Shown: positions 22,617 to 33,286, counted from the first letter of the whole stretch. The stretch: DNA of 62,852 nt, filler included, from an uncultured Synergistales bacterium (GCA_937897575.1; 5 parts of 5 records of this genome joined end to end with filler, not necessarily neighbours in it), one strand, 5' to 3'. The notes: generated by a model from the letters alone, not told the origin. A program made the numbers and translations.

Positions 22617-23723
22617 CTACCCGTTCGCCCGGTGGGCGAACCAGCCGCCGACCAGCAGGAACAGGATGTTGGGCATCCAGGCCGCCAGCACGGGCTGCAG
22701 GATGCCCGCCTCGGCGAGGGCCCGACCAAAGGACATGGTCACGTAGTACGCGAAGACGACGAGGACGCTCACTCCGAAGCCGATGCCGGGCCCCGCCCTG
22801 CTGGATCGGACGCCCAGGCTCGCCCCGAGGATGGAGAGGACGACGCTCGCCCAGGGCACGGCCAGCCGGAGGTGAAACATCACCCAAAGGGGGGTGTAGT
22901 CCTTCCCCTCCTTCTCCAGGAGGGCTATCCGGCCAAGAAGCTCCATGGAGCTCATCTCCTGGGGTTTTCGTGACGCCTGCCCCACCTGGGTGGGGGTGAG
23001 CTTCAGCTGAAGCTTCTGCCGCTCGAACTGGAAGAGCGGCAGCACCTTGCCGTCCACCGTCACCTCGAAGACCTGCCCCTGCTCGAGCCACCACTCGCCC
23101 TCTCGCCACACGCCCCTGTCGGCGGTGGAGATGCGCGCCAGGCGCCCCTGTTCGAACTCCTGGACCACCACGCTCTTCATGGTGCCGTCCTCGGGACGGA
23201 GCTCGCCCAGGTAGATCACCCGGTTCAGGTTGCCGCCGCTCTCCTCCTTCAGGAAGACCTTCGCCATGAAGGCCGCGGGCTTCTCCTTCAGGACCTCGTA
23301 CTTCATGAGGTTCTCCGCCGCCCGGTTCGCGAAGGGGACGATGGTCTCCGCCCCCACCATGGTGACGATGCCGATAAAGACGGAGGCCAGGACGACGGGG
23401 CGGAGGATGCGATAGAAGGGCACGCCCGCCGCCTTGAGGGCAACGATCTCGCTGTTGCCCGAGAGACGGCTGAAGGAGAGCAGCGACGAGAGGAGGCTCG
23501 CCATGGGCAGCGTCAGCGAGATGACCTCCGGCAGGCGGTAGAGGAAGAGCCGCATCACGACGCCCAGAGGAATTTTCTTTTCTATCAGGAGCGATGCGGC
23601 CTGGAAGAGGAGGTCCCCGGCGATGAAGATCATGGTGAAGGCCATCACCCCGAAGATGAAGGTGCTGGAGAGCTCCTTCCGGATGTACCGATCGAGCAGG
23701 CCGAAGCGCCGCCCCAGGCTCAC
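22617..23723 (-). CDS. LptF/LptG-family LPS export permease
   Basis: LLDRYI..E, LSGNSEIVALKAAGV, AAWMPN. Confidence 0.9.
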   Translation of the reverse strand: MSLGRRFGLLDRYIRKELSSTFIFGVMAFTMIFIAGDLLFQAASLLIEKKIPLGVVMRLFLYRLPEVISLTLPMASLLSSLLSFSRLSGNSEIVALKAAGVPFYRILRPVVLASVFIGIVTMVGAETIVPFANRAAENLMKYEVLKEKPAAFMAKVFLKEESGGNLNRVIYLGELRPEDGTMKSVVVQEFEQGRLARISTADRGVWREGEWWLEQGQVFEVTVDGKVLPLFQFERQKLQLKLTPTQVGQASRKPQEMSSMELLGRIALLEKEGKDYTPLWVMFHLRLAVPWASVVLSILGASLGVRSSRAGPGIGFGVSVLVVFAYYVTMSFGRALAEAGILQPVLAAWMPNILFLLVGGWFAHRANG

Positions 23724-24196
23724 CGGCTCTCCCTCCCGTTTTTGCGGAGGATGAACTCGGCGGCCTCCCGGACGGCTCCGTACCCGCCGGGCGAGGCGGT
23801 GACGTACCCCGCGGCGGACTTGGCCTCGGGCGTTCCGTCGGAGGGGGCGAGGGCGAGCCCGGCCATGCGGAGGCACTCCACGTCGTTCACGTCGTCGCCC
23901 ATGTAGGCCACCTCCCGAGGCTCCAGGCCGCGCTCCTCCATGAGCTTCGTCAGCACGGCGAGCTTGTCCGGCACGCCGTTGAAGAGGAGGGCCACCTTGA
24001 GATCCCCGGCCCGCTGCTCCGTGGCCGCGGAGTACCGCCCGCTGATGAGAGCCGTCTCGACCCCCGCGTCCCGCAGCAGGACGATGCCCATGCCGTCCTT
24101 GATATCGAACCGCTTCATCTCGCCGCCCCGACCGTCGAGGTAGAGCCCTCCGTCGGTGAAGGTCCCGTCCACGTCCAGCGCGAAGAGCCTAATCAT
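23720..24196 (-). CDS. kdsC: KDO 8-phosphate phosphatase (HAD)
   Basis: DVDGTFTDG, KDGMG, YMGDDVND, GGYGAVRE. Confidence 0.92.
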   Translation of the reverse strand: MIRLFALDVDGTFTDGGLYLDGRGGEMKRFDIKDGMGIVLLRDAGVETALISGRYSAATEQRAGDLKVALLFNGVPDKLAVLTKLMEERGLEPREVAYMGDDVNDVECLRMAGLALAPSDGTPEAKSAAGYVTASPGGYGAVREAAEFILRKNGRESR

Positions 24197-25016
24197 CGTG
24201 CTCCCTTTCGCTGTGGCTCCTCGTCCAGTGCATCAGCCCCCGCTTCGTCTTTCTGTGAAGGGAGTCCCTGCAGAAGGCCAGGATCTCTCGCTCGATGGGG
24301 GCGAGGGACTCCTCCTGCCCGGAGAGCCGGTCGATCGCCCCCTGGAAGGAGATGTTCTCAAAGAAGAGCGATTCGTAGAGGGTGCGGGCCTTGGTTCTGT
24401 CCGAAGCGCTGTAGCCCGCCCGGCGGAGCCCTATGACGTTCAGCCCGTAGGAGACGGCCGGGTTTCCCTCCACGAGGCAGAAGGGGGGCACATCCTTGAC
24501 GATCTTGCTGAGCCCGCCGATCATGCAGAGCTTGCCGATGTGGACGAACTGATGGACGCCGGCCATGCCGCCGAGGACCGCCCCGTCGTCCACAGCGGCG
24601 AACCCGGCCAGCCCGACCTTGTTCGTTATGGTGACGTTCCGGCCGATCCTCGTGTTGTGGGCGAGGTGCGCCCCCTCCATGATCAGACAGTGATCCCCCA
24701 CGGAGGTGCAGTTCCCCTCGCCGGTGGCGCGGTTGATGGTGACGAACTCCCGCACTGTGACCTCATTGCCGATCCGTACCCAGGTTTCCTCGCCGCCGAA
24801 GGCGTGGTCCTGGGGGTCTCCGCCGATGACGGAGTGCTGGCTGAAGCGGCAGTTCTCTCCCGTCTCGACGAAGTCCACGAACGTCGTGTAGGGATCGAGA
24901 ACGGTGCCCGCCCCGATTCGGACGTTGTCTCCAACCACGCAGAAGGCCCCGACGGTGACGTTGTCGCCCAGCTCCGCCCTGGGCGATACGATGGCCGTCG
25001 GATGAACGGAGATCAT
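24189..25016 (-). CDS. lpxA: UDP-GlcNAc acyltransferase
   Basis: VHPTAIV, GGDPQD, VREFVTINRAT, HLAHN, hexapeptide repeats. Confidence 0.95.
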   Translation of the reverse strand: MISVHPTAIVSPRAELGDNVTVGAFCVVGDNVRIGAGTVLDPYTTFVDFVETGENCRFSQHSVIGGDPQDHAFGGEETWVRIGNEVTVREFVTINRATGEGNCTSVGDHCLIMEGAHLAHNTRIGRNVTITNKVGLAGFAAVDDGAVLGGMAGVHQFVHIGKLCMIGGLSKIVKDVPPFCLVEGNPAVSYGLNVIGLRRAGYSASDRTKARTLYESLFFENISFQGAIDRLSGQEESLAPIEREILAFCRDSLHRKTKRGLMHWTRSHSEREHDD

Positions 25017-25495
25017 CGTCCGGCCTCCTCCTTGCCCCCGACGGAACCGGATACATCCGATCGTTTGAGCGTATCCGCAGCCATGAAGCTGTACTGCGCC
25101 TCGGCGACGATCTGTCCGTCCACCCGTCCGACGGCGCGGACCTTGCCCATCTTTCCCCGCACCTGCAGCAACTCGCCGGTGGTCACCAGCTGATCGCCGG
25201 GACGAACGGGGCGCCGGAACTTTGCCTTCTCCACGCCCGTGAGGAAGGTGATGATGGCCTTTCCAAGGCCGGTCCTCGTCGACATGATCATGGCCGCAAC
25301 CTGCCCCATGGCCTCCAGAATGAGGACGCCGGGCATGACGGGCTCGTTGGGGAAGTGCCCCTGAAAGAAGGGCTCGTTGTAGGTGACGTTCTTGTACCCT
25401 ACGGCGTGGTTCTCGTCCAGCTCGAGGATCCGGTCCACGAGAAGGAACGGGTATCGGTGGGGCAGACACTCCATGATCTTGTCGATATCGTACAT
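25013..25495 (-). CDS. fabZ: 3-hydroxyacyl-ACP dehydratase
   Basis: LPHRYPFLLVDR, FFQGHFP, PGVLILEAMGQ. Confidence 0.97.
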   Translation of the reverse strand: MYDIDKIMECLPHRYPFLLVDRILELDENHAVGYKNVTYNEPFFQGHFPNEPVMPGVLILEAMGQVAAMIMSTRTGLGKAIITFLTGVEKAKFRRPVRPGDQLVTTGELLQVRGKMGKVRAVGRVDGQIVAEAQYSFMAADTLKRSDVSGSVGGKEEAGR

Positions 25496-25511
25496 TTGTC
25501 GTCTCCTTTTT

Positions 25512-26351
25512 TCAGAGTGTGCCGGCGGCCCGCTTCAGTTTCTCCACGAGGCGGCAGTGCAGCGTATGGCCCGATCGAAGGGCCGCGATCCTGCCCCGGA
25601 GAGGGGCGCCCAGGAGGTAGAGGTCCCCCAGGAGGTCCAGGATCTTGTGACGGACGAACTCGTCGGGGAAACGCAGGCCGCCCAGGGCCTGAACGTCCTC
25701 CGTGCCGACGAGAAGAGCGTTCTCGAGGCTCCCTCCCAGGGCGAGCCCCCGGGCCCGGAGGTCGTCCATCTCCGAAGCGAGAGCGAAGGTCCGGGCGGGA
25801 GCAAGCTCGCCGAGGAAGTCGTCCCGGGCGGGGCGGAAGTCGGCCATCTGGGTCCCGATGGGCCGTTCCTCGTACCGGATGACGTAGGTTATCCACAGCT
25901 CCGGGCAGGGGAAGGCCGCCACGACGGCCCCCCGCGTCTCATCCTCCACCGCGACGGGAACCGCCAGGTCCACACCCTTGGGCATCTCGTCCGCCCCGGC
26001 GGGGCGTGAGGCCGCCGCAAGCCCGCGGGCAAAGGCGGCGGAACAGCCGTCCAGGCAGGGGACCTCGGGGCCATCGAGTTCGACGGTCGCCGAGTAGATG
26101 CCGAGCCCCGCAAGGGCGGCAAAGAGATGCTCCGTCGTCCGGAGGGACCCGCCGCCCGGCAGGAGGACCTCCGTCCCCCGCCCGGTGCCCGAGAGACCGC
26201 AGGACGAAAGAGGGGCTTCGCCGCCTCCAGTCCGGAGCAGAACGCCCTGTCCGACCTCTCCCGGCAGGACCCGGACCGTCGCCGGTACACCCGTGTGCAG
26301 GCCCGTGCCCGAGAAAGAGACGGCCTCGACCATCCGGCGAAAGGTCATCAC
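25512..26351 (-). CDS. lpxC: UDP-3-O-acyl-GlcNAc deacetylase
   Basis: [34 protein letters not shown]. Confidence 0.93.
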   Translation of the reverse strand: MMTFRRMVEAVSFSGTGLHTGVPATVRVLPGEVGQGVLLRTGGGEAPLSSCGLSGTGRGTEVLLPGGGSLRTTEHLFAALAGLGIYSATVELDGPEVPCLDGCSAAFARGLAAASRPAGADEMPKGVDLAVPVAVEDETRGAVVAAFPCPELWITYVIRYEERPIGTQMADFRPARDDFLGELAPARTFALASEMDDLRARGLALGGSLENALLVGTEDVQALGGLRFPDEFVRHKILDLLGDLYLLGAPLRGRIAALRSGHTLHCRLVEKLKRAAGTL

Positions 26352-27409
26352 GCTCCGTCCCCTTCGCCCCTCTTGCCCTCCAGCAGGCGCTCGAGCGTCC
26401 GGACTCGCGACAGGAGGTCGGGGACCCTCTGAAGGGCTGCCTGAAACCGCAGCTCCGTACTGTGCTCCCGGGCTGGAAACCCCGAGACTACCCGGCCCGC
26501 CGGGATGTCCTTCGTCACGCCGGCATTGCCGGCGACGGTGACGCCGCTGCCGATGGTCACGTGATCCCGGACGCCGCTTCTGGCCGCCATGATGACATTG
26601 TCCCCCAAGTGGACGCTTCCGGCAATCCCCGTCATGGCGACGAGAATGCAGTTCTTCCCTATCCGGACGTTATGGCCGAGGTGGATATGGTTGTCCAACT
26701 TGGTGGAGTCTCCGATGACCGTGTCGTCCAGAGTCCCGCGGTCGACGGTCGTGCAGGCCCCTATCTCCACGTCGTCGCCCAGAACCACGCCGCCGAGCTG
26801 GGGGACCTTCTCCGTCGAATGACCGCCCCCCGCCGGGACGATGCCGAACCCGTCGCACCCGAGGACCGCTCCGCCGTGGATGAGACACCGCGCTCCCGTT
26901 CGAACCCGCGTCATCAAAACCGCGTTGGGACCGATCACCGTGTGATGTCCCACAACGCAGCCGGGGCCCACGAACACACCCGCCTCAAGGACGGCCTCCT
27001 CCCCCACGACGGCACCCTCCTCCACGACGCAGTGAGGGCCGATCCACGCCGACGAGGCGACACGGGCTTCGGGGGAGACGACGGCGCTCGGGTGAATGCC
27101 CGACCGCACCGGACGTCTCAGTTCGAAGAGGGAGAGCAGGACGGGAAAGGCCTCCTGGGCGTTCTCGACGACGACGCCCCGGGCCGACGGCCTGGCCTCG
27201 AAGACGGAGCGCTCTCCCACGATAAAGGCCTCCGGCGGGACAACCACAGGGTCGCCGGCGTCGCGAAGGAGACAGATCCGGCCGCTCACGGCCCGCTCCG
27301 GGGACGTGACGCCCAAGACGAGCGCCTCCCCGTCGCCCACGACGGTTCCACCCAGGGCGAGCGCAATATTCTTCAGAGATGAGGAAAAGTTTTCTTCCAT
27401 GGGAATCAC
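26348..27409 (-). CDS. lpxD: UDP-3-O-acylglucosamine N-acyltransferase
   Basis: [44 protein letters not shown]. Confidence 0.95.
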   Translation of the reverse strand: MIPMEENFSSSLKNIALALGGTVVGDGEALVLGVTSPERAVSGRICLLRDAGDPVVVPPEAFIVGERSVFEARPSARGVVVENAQEAFPVLLSLFELRRPVRSGIHPSAVVSPEARVASSAWIGPHCVVEEGAVVGEEAVLEAGVFVGPGCVVGHHTVIGPNAVLMTRVRTGARCLIHGGAVLGCDGFGIVPAGGGHSTEKVPQLGGVVLGDDVEIGACTTVDRGTLDDTVIGDSTKLDNHIHLGHNVRIGKNCILVAMTGIAGSVHLGDNVIMAARSGVRDHVTIGSGVTVAGNAGVTKDIPAGRVVSGFPAREHSTELRFQAALQRVPDLLSRVRTLERLLEGKRGEGDGA

Positions 27410-27422
27410 TCCATCCGTTCGT

Positions 27423-28691
27423 CTACAGGTCGGCGATGGCCTTCAGGCTGATCGTGTCGTCATCCCTGTCGTCGTAGTGCAGTTCCAGCGAGAGGTGGCC
27501 CGTCAGCCGGTACCCGACGCCGAGGTTATGGTCGCCGTCGTCGCTCACGCGCCACCAGAAATAGGGCTCCCGGATGCCTCCGGCGATCCACAGGCGAAAC
27601 CAGGTCTGATTGCCCGGAAAGGCCTGCTCGGCCCCCAGGAGGACGTTCTTCCAGGGGCTCCAGCGGATGCCCCATCGGCTCTCGAGGGAGAAGTCGTTGG
27701 CCGACAGGACCCATTCGCCGTAGAGCTCCATGGGGAATCTGGACGTCAGCAGAAACTTGCGTCCGAAGTGCACGCCGAGCTCCGGGTACCGGTCGTCGGT
27801 GCCGACGTAAGCGGCGATCCAGGCCCGGACGACGTACCGGTCGCTCTCCACGGCGGCCTTGGCGGAGGCGAGCTGCGCCGGGGTAAAGGTGACGTCCACC
27901 TCGGTCTTCGCCTGCTCCGCCGTGCTCCCGGACTCGAGGGTCGCCGCCGCATAGGCCTCGATGCGCTTCCTGTTCTGCTCCGCCCACGCTACGGGAAGGC
28001 CGATGAGGGGCGAGAGGGCGAGCAACATGTCCCCCCTCATGTCCGACCGGAAGAGGAGAGGGAAGGTGGACGACGAGATGTCGGGGACGATGGCCAGGAC
28101 GAAGGGAGGATCGGGGGTGAAGGATATCTGCAGCGCCCCCTGCTCCTCCTGGAGCTTCACCAGAAGGGACGGCCGCCACCCGGGAACCCGCCTTGCGCAC
28201 AAGGAGTCGATCTCGTCCCTGAGGGCCACGTCCGCCCAGGTGAGGGCATCGAGGGGAAGGGGGCCGATGGTCCGCCCTATCTCCTCGTCCAATCCCTTCA
28301 GGCTCTCGCCAAACCAGCTCCCGAAGGGGTCGGCCAGTTTGGGAGCCTGTACCTCGACAGCCCAGTCCATCCCCTTCTCGGGGCGCAGCGCTACGGTCAG
28401 ATTCTCCCCGTCGTAGGACGATCCGGCCACCCGGTACCCGGTGAAGACCCGCTCGGCAACTGTGGTCAACAGCGCCAGAGCCTCGTTCGTCGACCGCTTC
28501 CCCGCCTCGGGCGTTATCTCAGCCCACACGGAGGACAGGCTCGACTCCACCGCCGATCTGAGCCAGTCCGGGACGCCCTCCGCCCGAACAGCCGCCAAAA
28601 CGGGGCGCGGAAAAAGAAGGGCTGCGGCGAAGAACACGACCGCCACAGCCCGTTTCATTCGAACAGGATTCGCCCGTCCCATCCCTGTCAC
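27423..28691 (-). CDS. Exported hypothetical protein, possible outer-membrane/beta-rich C-terminus
   Basis: Signal peptide; aromatic-rich alternating C-terminal strands; between bamA and lpxD; GC3-biased codons. Confidence 0.7.
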   Translation of the reverse strand: MTGMGRANPVRMKRAVAVVFFAAALLFPRPVLAAVRAEGVPDWLRSAVESSLSSVWAEITPEAGKRSTNEALALLTTVAERVFTGYRVAGSSYDGENLTVALRPEKGMDWAVEVQAPKLADPFGSWFGESLKGLDEEIGRTIGPLPLDALTWADVALRDEIDSLCARRVPGWRPSLLVKLQEEQGALQISFTPDPPFVLAIVPDISSSTFPLLFRSDMRGDMLLALSPLIGLPVAWAEQNRKRIEAYAAATLESGSTAEQAKTEVDVTFTPAQLASAKAAVESDRYVVRAWIAAYVGTDDRYPELGVHFGRKFLLTSRFPMELYGEWVLSANDFSLESRWGIRWSPWKNVLLGAEQAFPGNQTWFRLWIAGGIREPYFWWRVSDDGDHNLGVGYRLTGHLSLELHYDDRDDDTISLKAIADL

Positions 28692-28709
28692 CCTTCGTTT
28701 CCTCCGCTT

Positions 28710-30464
28710 TTAGAACATCTCTCCGAACCCGAAGTGGGTCTTGGATTCTCTTTCACCCTCGGCGTAGTCGAGCCGGAAGTTCCCGAAGGGCGTCTTCACC
28801 CGGACGCCGACACCCCAAGAGTCGTGGAGGTCGCCCAGGTCGAAGCTGGTGTTCTTCTGTCCCGCCCTCGGGAAGGGGTGATTCCAGGCGTTCCCCATAT
28901 CGTAGAAGATCACGAGCCCGAAGGCCTTCTGAATCGGGATGCGGAGCTCGGCGTTGAACAGGAGCATCTCCGAGCCCTCGAACTCGCCGCCGTCGTAGCC
29001 CCGGAGCGTGGAGGACCCTCCGAGGGAGTACAGGGACGCCGTGGGGACGAAGCCCGAGGAGAAGCCCGCCCGGAGCCGCGTGGCGAAGATGATCGGGTTG
29101 TCCTCGGTGATGAAGGTGCTGTCGAACAGGTCGCCCAGGCCCGTCAGAGGCAGGTAGTACCGGAACTGGATCCAGTACTTGGTGTAGTCGTAGTCGCTTC
29201 CGAGGAAGTCCAGGGCCTTTTCCACGTTCACGTCGATGACGTCGCCCTTCGGGAAGCTGAGGTAGGGGTCCCTGTTGTCCCGGGTGACGGTCCCTATGAC
29301 GGAGAAGACCTTGCCCTGGGTGAGCTCTTTCACCGCCTCGGGAAAGCGCACGTTCTTGATGTTGAGGGCCTCGTACTCCTTCCAGTCCAGCGTGAGGAAC
29401 CAGCTGTACTTCTCGTCGCGGCCGAACTTGCGTCCGGCGCCAATGTAGTAGTTGATCATCCGGTCGTCGAACTCCAGCTGCCGGACGCCGTCCCTGTAGT
29501 AGTACCGGTCCTCCCACTCCCGCCGCATGGCGCCGATCTTCCAGCCGAAATACCGCTTGTCCATGTAGGGATCGGAGTAGGTCACCCAGTACTGCTCGTT
29601 GTCGCCCACCTCGAACCCCGCCTCCAGGACCTGCCCCGTCCCCTGCCAGTTGGTGTCCGAGTAGGAGAGGCCGCCAGACCAGCCGCTCTCCGTCCCGTGG
29701 CTCACGGACAGGCCGATCTTTCCCGTCTTCTGTTCCACGACGGTCAGCACGAGATCGATGACGTCCGGGGCGCTGCCGGGCTCGAAGCCAACGTTCACGT
29801 CCTCGAAGAAGCCCTTGTTCTGGAGCTTCGCCAGCGAATGGCGCAGAATCTTGGCGTTGAAGGGGTCGCCGGACTTCAGCTTCAGCTCCCGCTCGATGAC
29901 CCTCGTCTTCGTCTTTCTGTTGCCCTGGATGACGATGTTGCCGATCTTCGGCTCCACGATCTTCACGTCGATCGTGCCGCCGCTCATGGCCACGTCGGTC
30001 ACCTTCACCATGGGGTACCCTTCTTTGGCGTACTTTTCCTGGATCCGGTCGAGGTCATGCCGGAAGAAGACGCGGTTGAACACGTTGCCCGGCAGCGTGA
30101 AGACCAGCTTCAACAGCTCCTCGTCGGAGAGTATCTCGTTCCCCGAGAAGGTAATGCTCTCCACGATGGGGTTTTCCTGGACCTTGTAGGTCACCCCGGC
30201 GCCTCCGGCGATGGTCCTCAGATCGATGTCGACGAAGGAGAAGAATCCCAGCCCGTATATGGCCTCCACGTCCTTCTGGAGCTGCTCCCTGTTGAGTGGC
30301 TCGCCCACTTTCGTTCCCACGACGGAGAGAATATGCTCCGCCACCACATGGGAGTTCCCCTCAACACCGAGCGACGAGACGCGCAACTCCGCTCCTTGGA
30401 GCGGGGCACAGGCCAAAACGATTCCCACAACTGCCATTATGAATACGGACCGGATCCTCTTCAT
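28710..30464 (-). CDS. bamA: Omp85/BamA outer-membrane assembly factor with about 3 POTRA domains
   Basis: Signal peptide, repeated I.GN POTRA motifs, LRGY, GVGVRVKTPFG..RLDY, C-terminal Phe. Confidence 0.92.
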   Translation of the reverse strand: MKRIRSVFIMAVVGIVLACAPLQGAELRVSSLGVEGNSHVVAEHILSVVGTKVGEPLNREQLQKDVEAIYGLGFFSFVDIDLRTIAGGAGVTYKVQENPIVESITFSGNEILSDEELLKLVFTLPGNVFNRVFFRHDLDRIQEKYAKEGYPMVKVTDVAMSGGTIDVKIVEPKIGNIVIQGNRKTKTRVIERELKLKSGDPFNAKILRHSLAKLQNKGFFEDVNVGFEPGSAPDVIDLVLTVVEQKTGKIGLSVSHGTESGWSGGLSYSDTNWQGTGQVLEAGFEVGDNEQYWVTYSDPYMDKRYFGWKIGAMRREWEDRYYYRDGVRQLEFDDRMINYYIGAGRKFGRDEKYSWFLTLDWKEYEALNIKNVRFPEAVKELTQGKVFSVIGTVTRDNRDPYLSFPKGDVIDVNVEKALDFLGSDYDYTKYWIQFRYYLPLTGLGDLFDSTFITEDNPIIFATRLRAGFSSGFVPTASLYSLGGSSTLRGYDGGEFEGSEMLLFNAELRIPIQKAFGLVIFYDMGNAWNHPFPRAGQKNTSFDLGDLHDSWGVGVRVKTPFGNFRLDYAEGERESKTHFGFGEMF

Positions 30465-30467
30465 CTG

Positions 30468-31091
30468 CTATTGTCCTCTCCTTCCAACTTCTTCCGGAGT
30501 CTCCCGAACGTACCGGATCGGGGATTCGGCGGTGTTCAGCGCCTCTTTTCCGATCTGCACGAGGGAGTACACCGCGTCCATATCGTGTGTTTCACGTGGT
30601 GCTGTCCGCGTATTCCGACCCGACGGTACGACGGGAGGGCGCTCGGACGTCCGCTTCGTTTCGGGGCGCGGCAATATCGAACCTTGCAAGGGGGCAGATT
30701 GCTCCTCGGACAGCGAAGCGAAGTTCGCCTCGCTGAGCCCCTTGCGCAGAGAGGCGAGCAGATTTTTCTCGTCCGCCGAAACCCACTCGAGGCTCGGCTC
30801 AGATTCTACCACAACAAGGGCGTTCTGTGCCGGCGGCGTCGCGAGAGGGACTGCGGCCAGCAGCAGCAGCAGACAGGCTGTGCACGTGACGCCGAGCGTC
30901 CGCACCGCACCTCTGGCGGGATTGCTTTTTCGCCCCGCCCCCTCCGCCAGAGCCCACAGATCCTGGCGGGCCTCCTCCATCTCGGCCTTGGCGCACTCCA
31001 TGTCGAGCAGCGCGTTCTGCCAGGACTGAGCCCCGCACCCCTTCGAACATCGTTCAAGCCAGCGGATGACGCGAGCTATCTTTTTCTCCAT
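30468..31091 (-). CDS. Hypothetical single-TM protein (possible anti-sigma factor)
   Basis: GGAGG RBS; helical N-terminus, hydrophobic CLLLLLAAVPLA segment; follows sigma gene. Confidence 0.6.
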   Translation of the reverse strand: MEKKIARVIRWLERCSKGCGAQSWQNALLDMECAKAEMEEARQDLWALAEGAGRKSNPARGAVRTLGVTCTACLLLLLAAVPLATPPAQNALVVVESEPSLEWVSADEKNLLASLRKGLSEANFASLSEEQSAPLQGSILPRPETKRTSERPPVVPSGRNTRTAPRETHDMDAVYSLVQIGKEALNTAESPIRYVRETPEEVGRRGQ

Positions 31092-31186
31092 GCCTTACCT
31101 CCCGACGAGCAAAACAGGACGATACACTCTTTATCCCCGGCCGGTCCCCCTCTGTGGCATCGAGGGACCCACTTTTCGGGACGAAG

Positions 31187-31825
31187 CTATCGCTCCTCCC
31201 GGAGCATCCACTCCCGGAGCCTGGACAGGCCGCTCCGTTTCAGGCGGTGGACGTGGCTCACGTCGATGCCTCGTTCCTCGGCCACGTCCCGCGCGGCCTT
31301 TCCCTCGATGAAGAGCTCCTGCACGATCTGCCCCTCACGCTCAGGAAGGCGCTCCATGCACTCCGAAAGAGCGAAGAGGGTGTCGAATCCGTCCTGCCCG
31401 AAGGGTTCGGTGGGCTCCCGGAACAGGAGCTCGATCTCCTCCACGGGCACAGGAGCCTTCCTCTCGGAGCGCTGGATGAAGTTCACCATCCGGCCCTTTA
31501 TTCGGTAGAAGGCATAGGTGGTGAATCGAAGGTGCCGGGCGGGCTCGAAGCGGTCCACGGCCTGCACGAGGGCGACCATCCCCTCCTGGATGAGGTCCTG
31601 GCGCGACGAGGGACGGACCTGAAAACGCCTGGCAAGCCAGAAGACCAGCGGCCGATAGGCGACGATGAGACGCTCCCGCGCCATTTCGTCCCCCTCATCC
31701 CTGGCACGATGCCAGAACTCCGCCTCCTCGCCGGGCGCAAGGGGGCCGCAGGTCCCTCTCTCCCCATCCTCCCGCGAGGTCGGGACACTTTTCTCTTCTT
31801 CGGATAGCTCGTGCTTTTTTCTCAT
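31187..31825 (-). CDS. Alternative sigma70-family factor (regions 2 and 4)
   Basis: ARERLIVAYRPLV, DLIQEGMVALVQAVDRFEP, RFTTYA, LPERE...HVHRLK. Confidence 0.88.
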   Translation of the reverse strand: MRKKHELSEEEKSVPTSREDGERGTCGPLAPGEEAEFWHRARDEGDEMARERLIVAYRPLVFWLARRFQVRPSSRQDLIQEGMVALVQAVDRFEPARHLRFTTYAFYRIKGRMVNFIQRSERKAPVPVEEIELLFREPTEPFGQDGFDTLFALSECMERLPEREGQIVQELFIEGKAARDVAEERGIDVSHVHRLKRSGLSRLREWMLREER

Positions 31826-31877
31826 ATCGGCACCCCCATCGGGGAACGGCGCCATTGTACCAGAAAAGGCGCCTCTT

Positions 31878-32525
31878 TTACGATGGAAAGGGAAGGGCTT
31901 TGCACCCCGACGTCAGCACGTGGAGTTCGTCGTTCAGGAAGACGAGGGAGGGCCCCCACTCTTCGGACAGTTCAACGCAGCTCACGGAGCAGTTGCCGAT
32001 CCGCATCCGCCACATGGCCGAGGGAGGCAGGTTCAGCAGCGTGGCGAGGGCGACGCGGACGATGCCGCCGTGGCTGACGATCACATTCGCAGGGCAATCG
32101 TTTTCGAGGATGGTGTCCAGGACATCCCGGACCCGCGCGTACAGCTCCGAGAAGGTCTCGCCCCCGGGGGGCACCGAGCCGAAAGGGTCCAGCCGCCACT
32201 GGCCGTAGATCTCGGGGTCGCTGGTCCGTATCTCGCCCACCACCCGTCCCTCCCAGTCCCCGAAGCACATCTCGGACAGGCCGCCGTGAACCTGGGGCGT
32301 CACACCGGGCTGCAGGGAGCAGAGGATGACCGCCGTCTCGTAGGCCCGGGCCAGAGGGCTCGTGTGGACCTGAAAGGGTCCCATTCCCTGAAAGCGCTGA
32401 GCGACAAACCCCGCCTGGCGACGCCCTTCTTCGCTCAGCGGAACGTCGCTCCGCCCCTGGAACCGGGCCTGTCTGTTCCACTCCGTCACGCCGTGGCGGA
32501 CGAGGTATATCCTCTTCTTCACCAT
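31878..32525 (-). CDS. Histidine phosphatase (CobC/GpmB-like)
   Basis: YLVRHGVTEWN, SPLARAYETA, EMCFGDWEG, VSHGG. Confidence 0.92.
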   Translation of the reverse strand: MVKKRIYLVRHGVTEWNRQARFQGRSDVPLSEEGRRQAGFVAQRFQGMGPFQVHTSPLARAYETAVILCSLQPGVTPQVHGGLSEMCFGDWEGRVVGEIRTSDPEIYGQWRLDPFGSVPPGGETFSELYARVRDVLDTILENDCPANVIVSHGGIVRVALATLLNLPPSAMWRMRIGNCSVSCVELSEEWGPSLVFLNDELHVLTSGCKALPFPS

Positions 32526-33061
32526 GGAGACTCTCCCTCTCCTCATGTCTTGCACGAATGATACCACGACGCCGCACCCGGAGGGAGAGTCCATCATCCA
32601 CCTCTTGTAGGTTCACCAGGCGGTAGTAGCTGTCGGAGTAGCGGTGCAGACAGACCGTCCTCTGCCGCAGAGGAGACAAGGAAGAACGGAATGCTGTATC
32701 CGAGACCGTGGCGTTCATCGCTCCTCCTCCCCGATGCTTTCGAGGAGCGTAATGAATCCCACGCTCTTTTCAGGCCGAGCACGGTCCATGGGGCAATAAT
32801 ACCGAGGGAAAGAGCCGATGGATACCGGATAAATACGGAAAGAAAGGAAGATCTTCGAATCTTTATCTCGCGAGCCATGACCCCGCGGCGTCCTCCCTGC
32901 CGGCGATGGGACAAAAAAGTGGGGAACATTCTCGGTCTGATGTCTTCACGCAAAGTTCGGGATTTCCTTGGCGTCTCTCTTCCTCCAACGTGGCACTTCG
33001 TGCCCACCGTAGAGCGGAACTATGAACACGGGTTCCGATTGAATCCTCAGTCACCGCACGC

Positions 33062-33105
33062 AAAGCAAAGGTCCCTCGGGCGTACGCCCGAGGGACCTTT
33101 GCTTT
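33062..33105 (-). terminator. Terminator of tRNA operon
   Basis: Perfect 44-nt palindrome immediately 3' of tRNA-Thr. Confidence 0.85.
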
Positions 33106-33108
33106 TTC

Positions 33109-33184
33109 TGGAGCCGGCGTCCAGACTCGAACTGGAGACCTGCGCATTACGAGTGCGCTGCTCTACCTACTGAGCTACGCCGGC
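33109..33184 (-). tRNA. tRNA-Thr(CGT)
   Basis: Reverse complement GCCGGCGTAGCTCAG...GCGCA-CTCGTAA-TGCGC...GTTCGAG...CCA, 76 nt. Confidence 0.96.
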
Positions 33185-33196
33185 GTTCCTGCGAAG

Positions 33197-33272
33197 TGGC
33201 GGTCCCAACGGGATTCGAACCCGTGTCACAGCCTTGAAAGGGCTGTGTCCTAGGCCACTGGACGATGGGACC
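33197..33272 (-). tRNA. tRNA-Glu(TTC)
   Basis: Reverse complement GGTCCCATCGTCCAGTGG...CAGCC-CTTTCAA-GGCTG...GTTCGAATCC...CCA. Confidence 0.96.
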
Positions 33273-33286
33273 GAAGATAGCGAAAC

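Noticed and set aside
27096..31508. 1470-aa plus-strand ORF and many similar long antisense ORFs (e.g. 11970-14219, 46992-49709, 55521-57908)
   Set aside because: Antisense shadows of well-supported genes in GC3-rich DNA; no recognisable motifs
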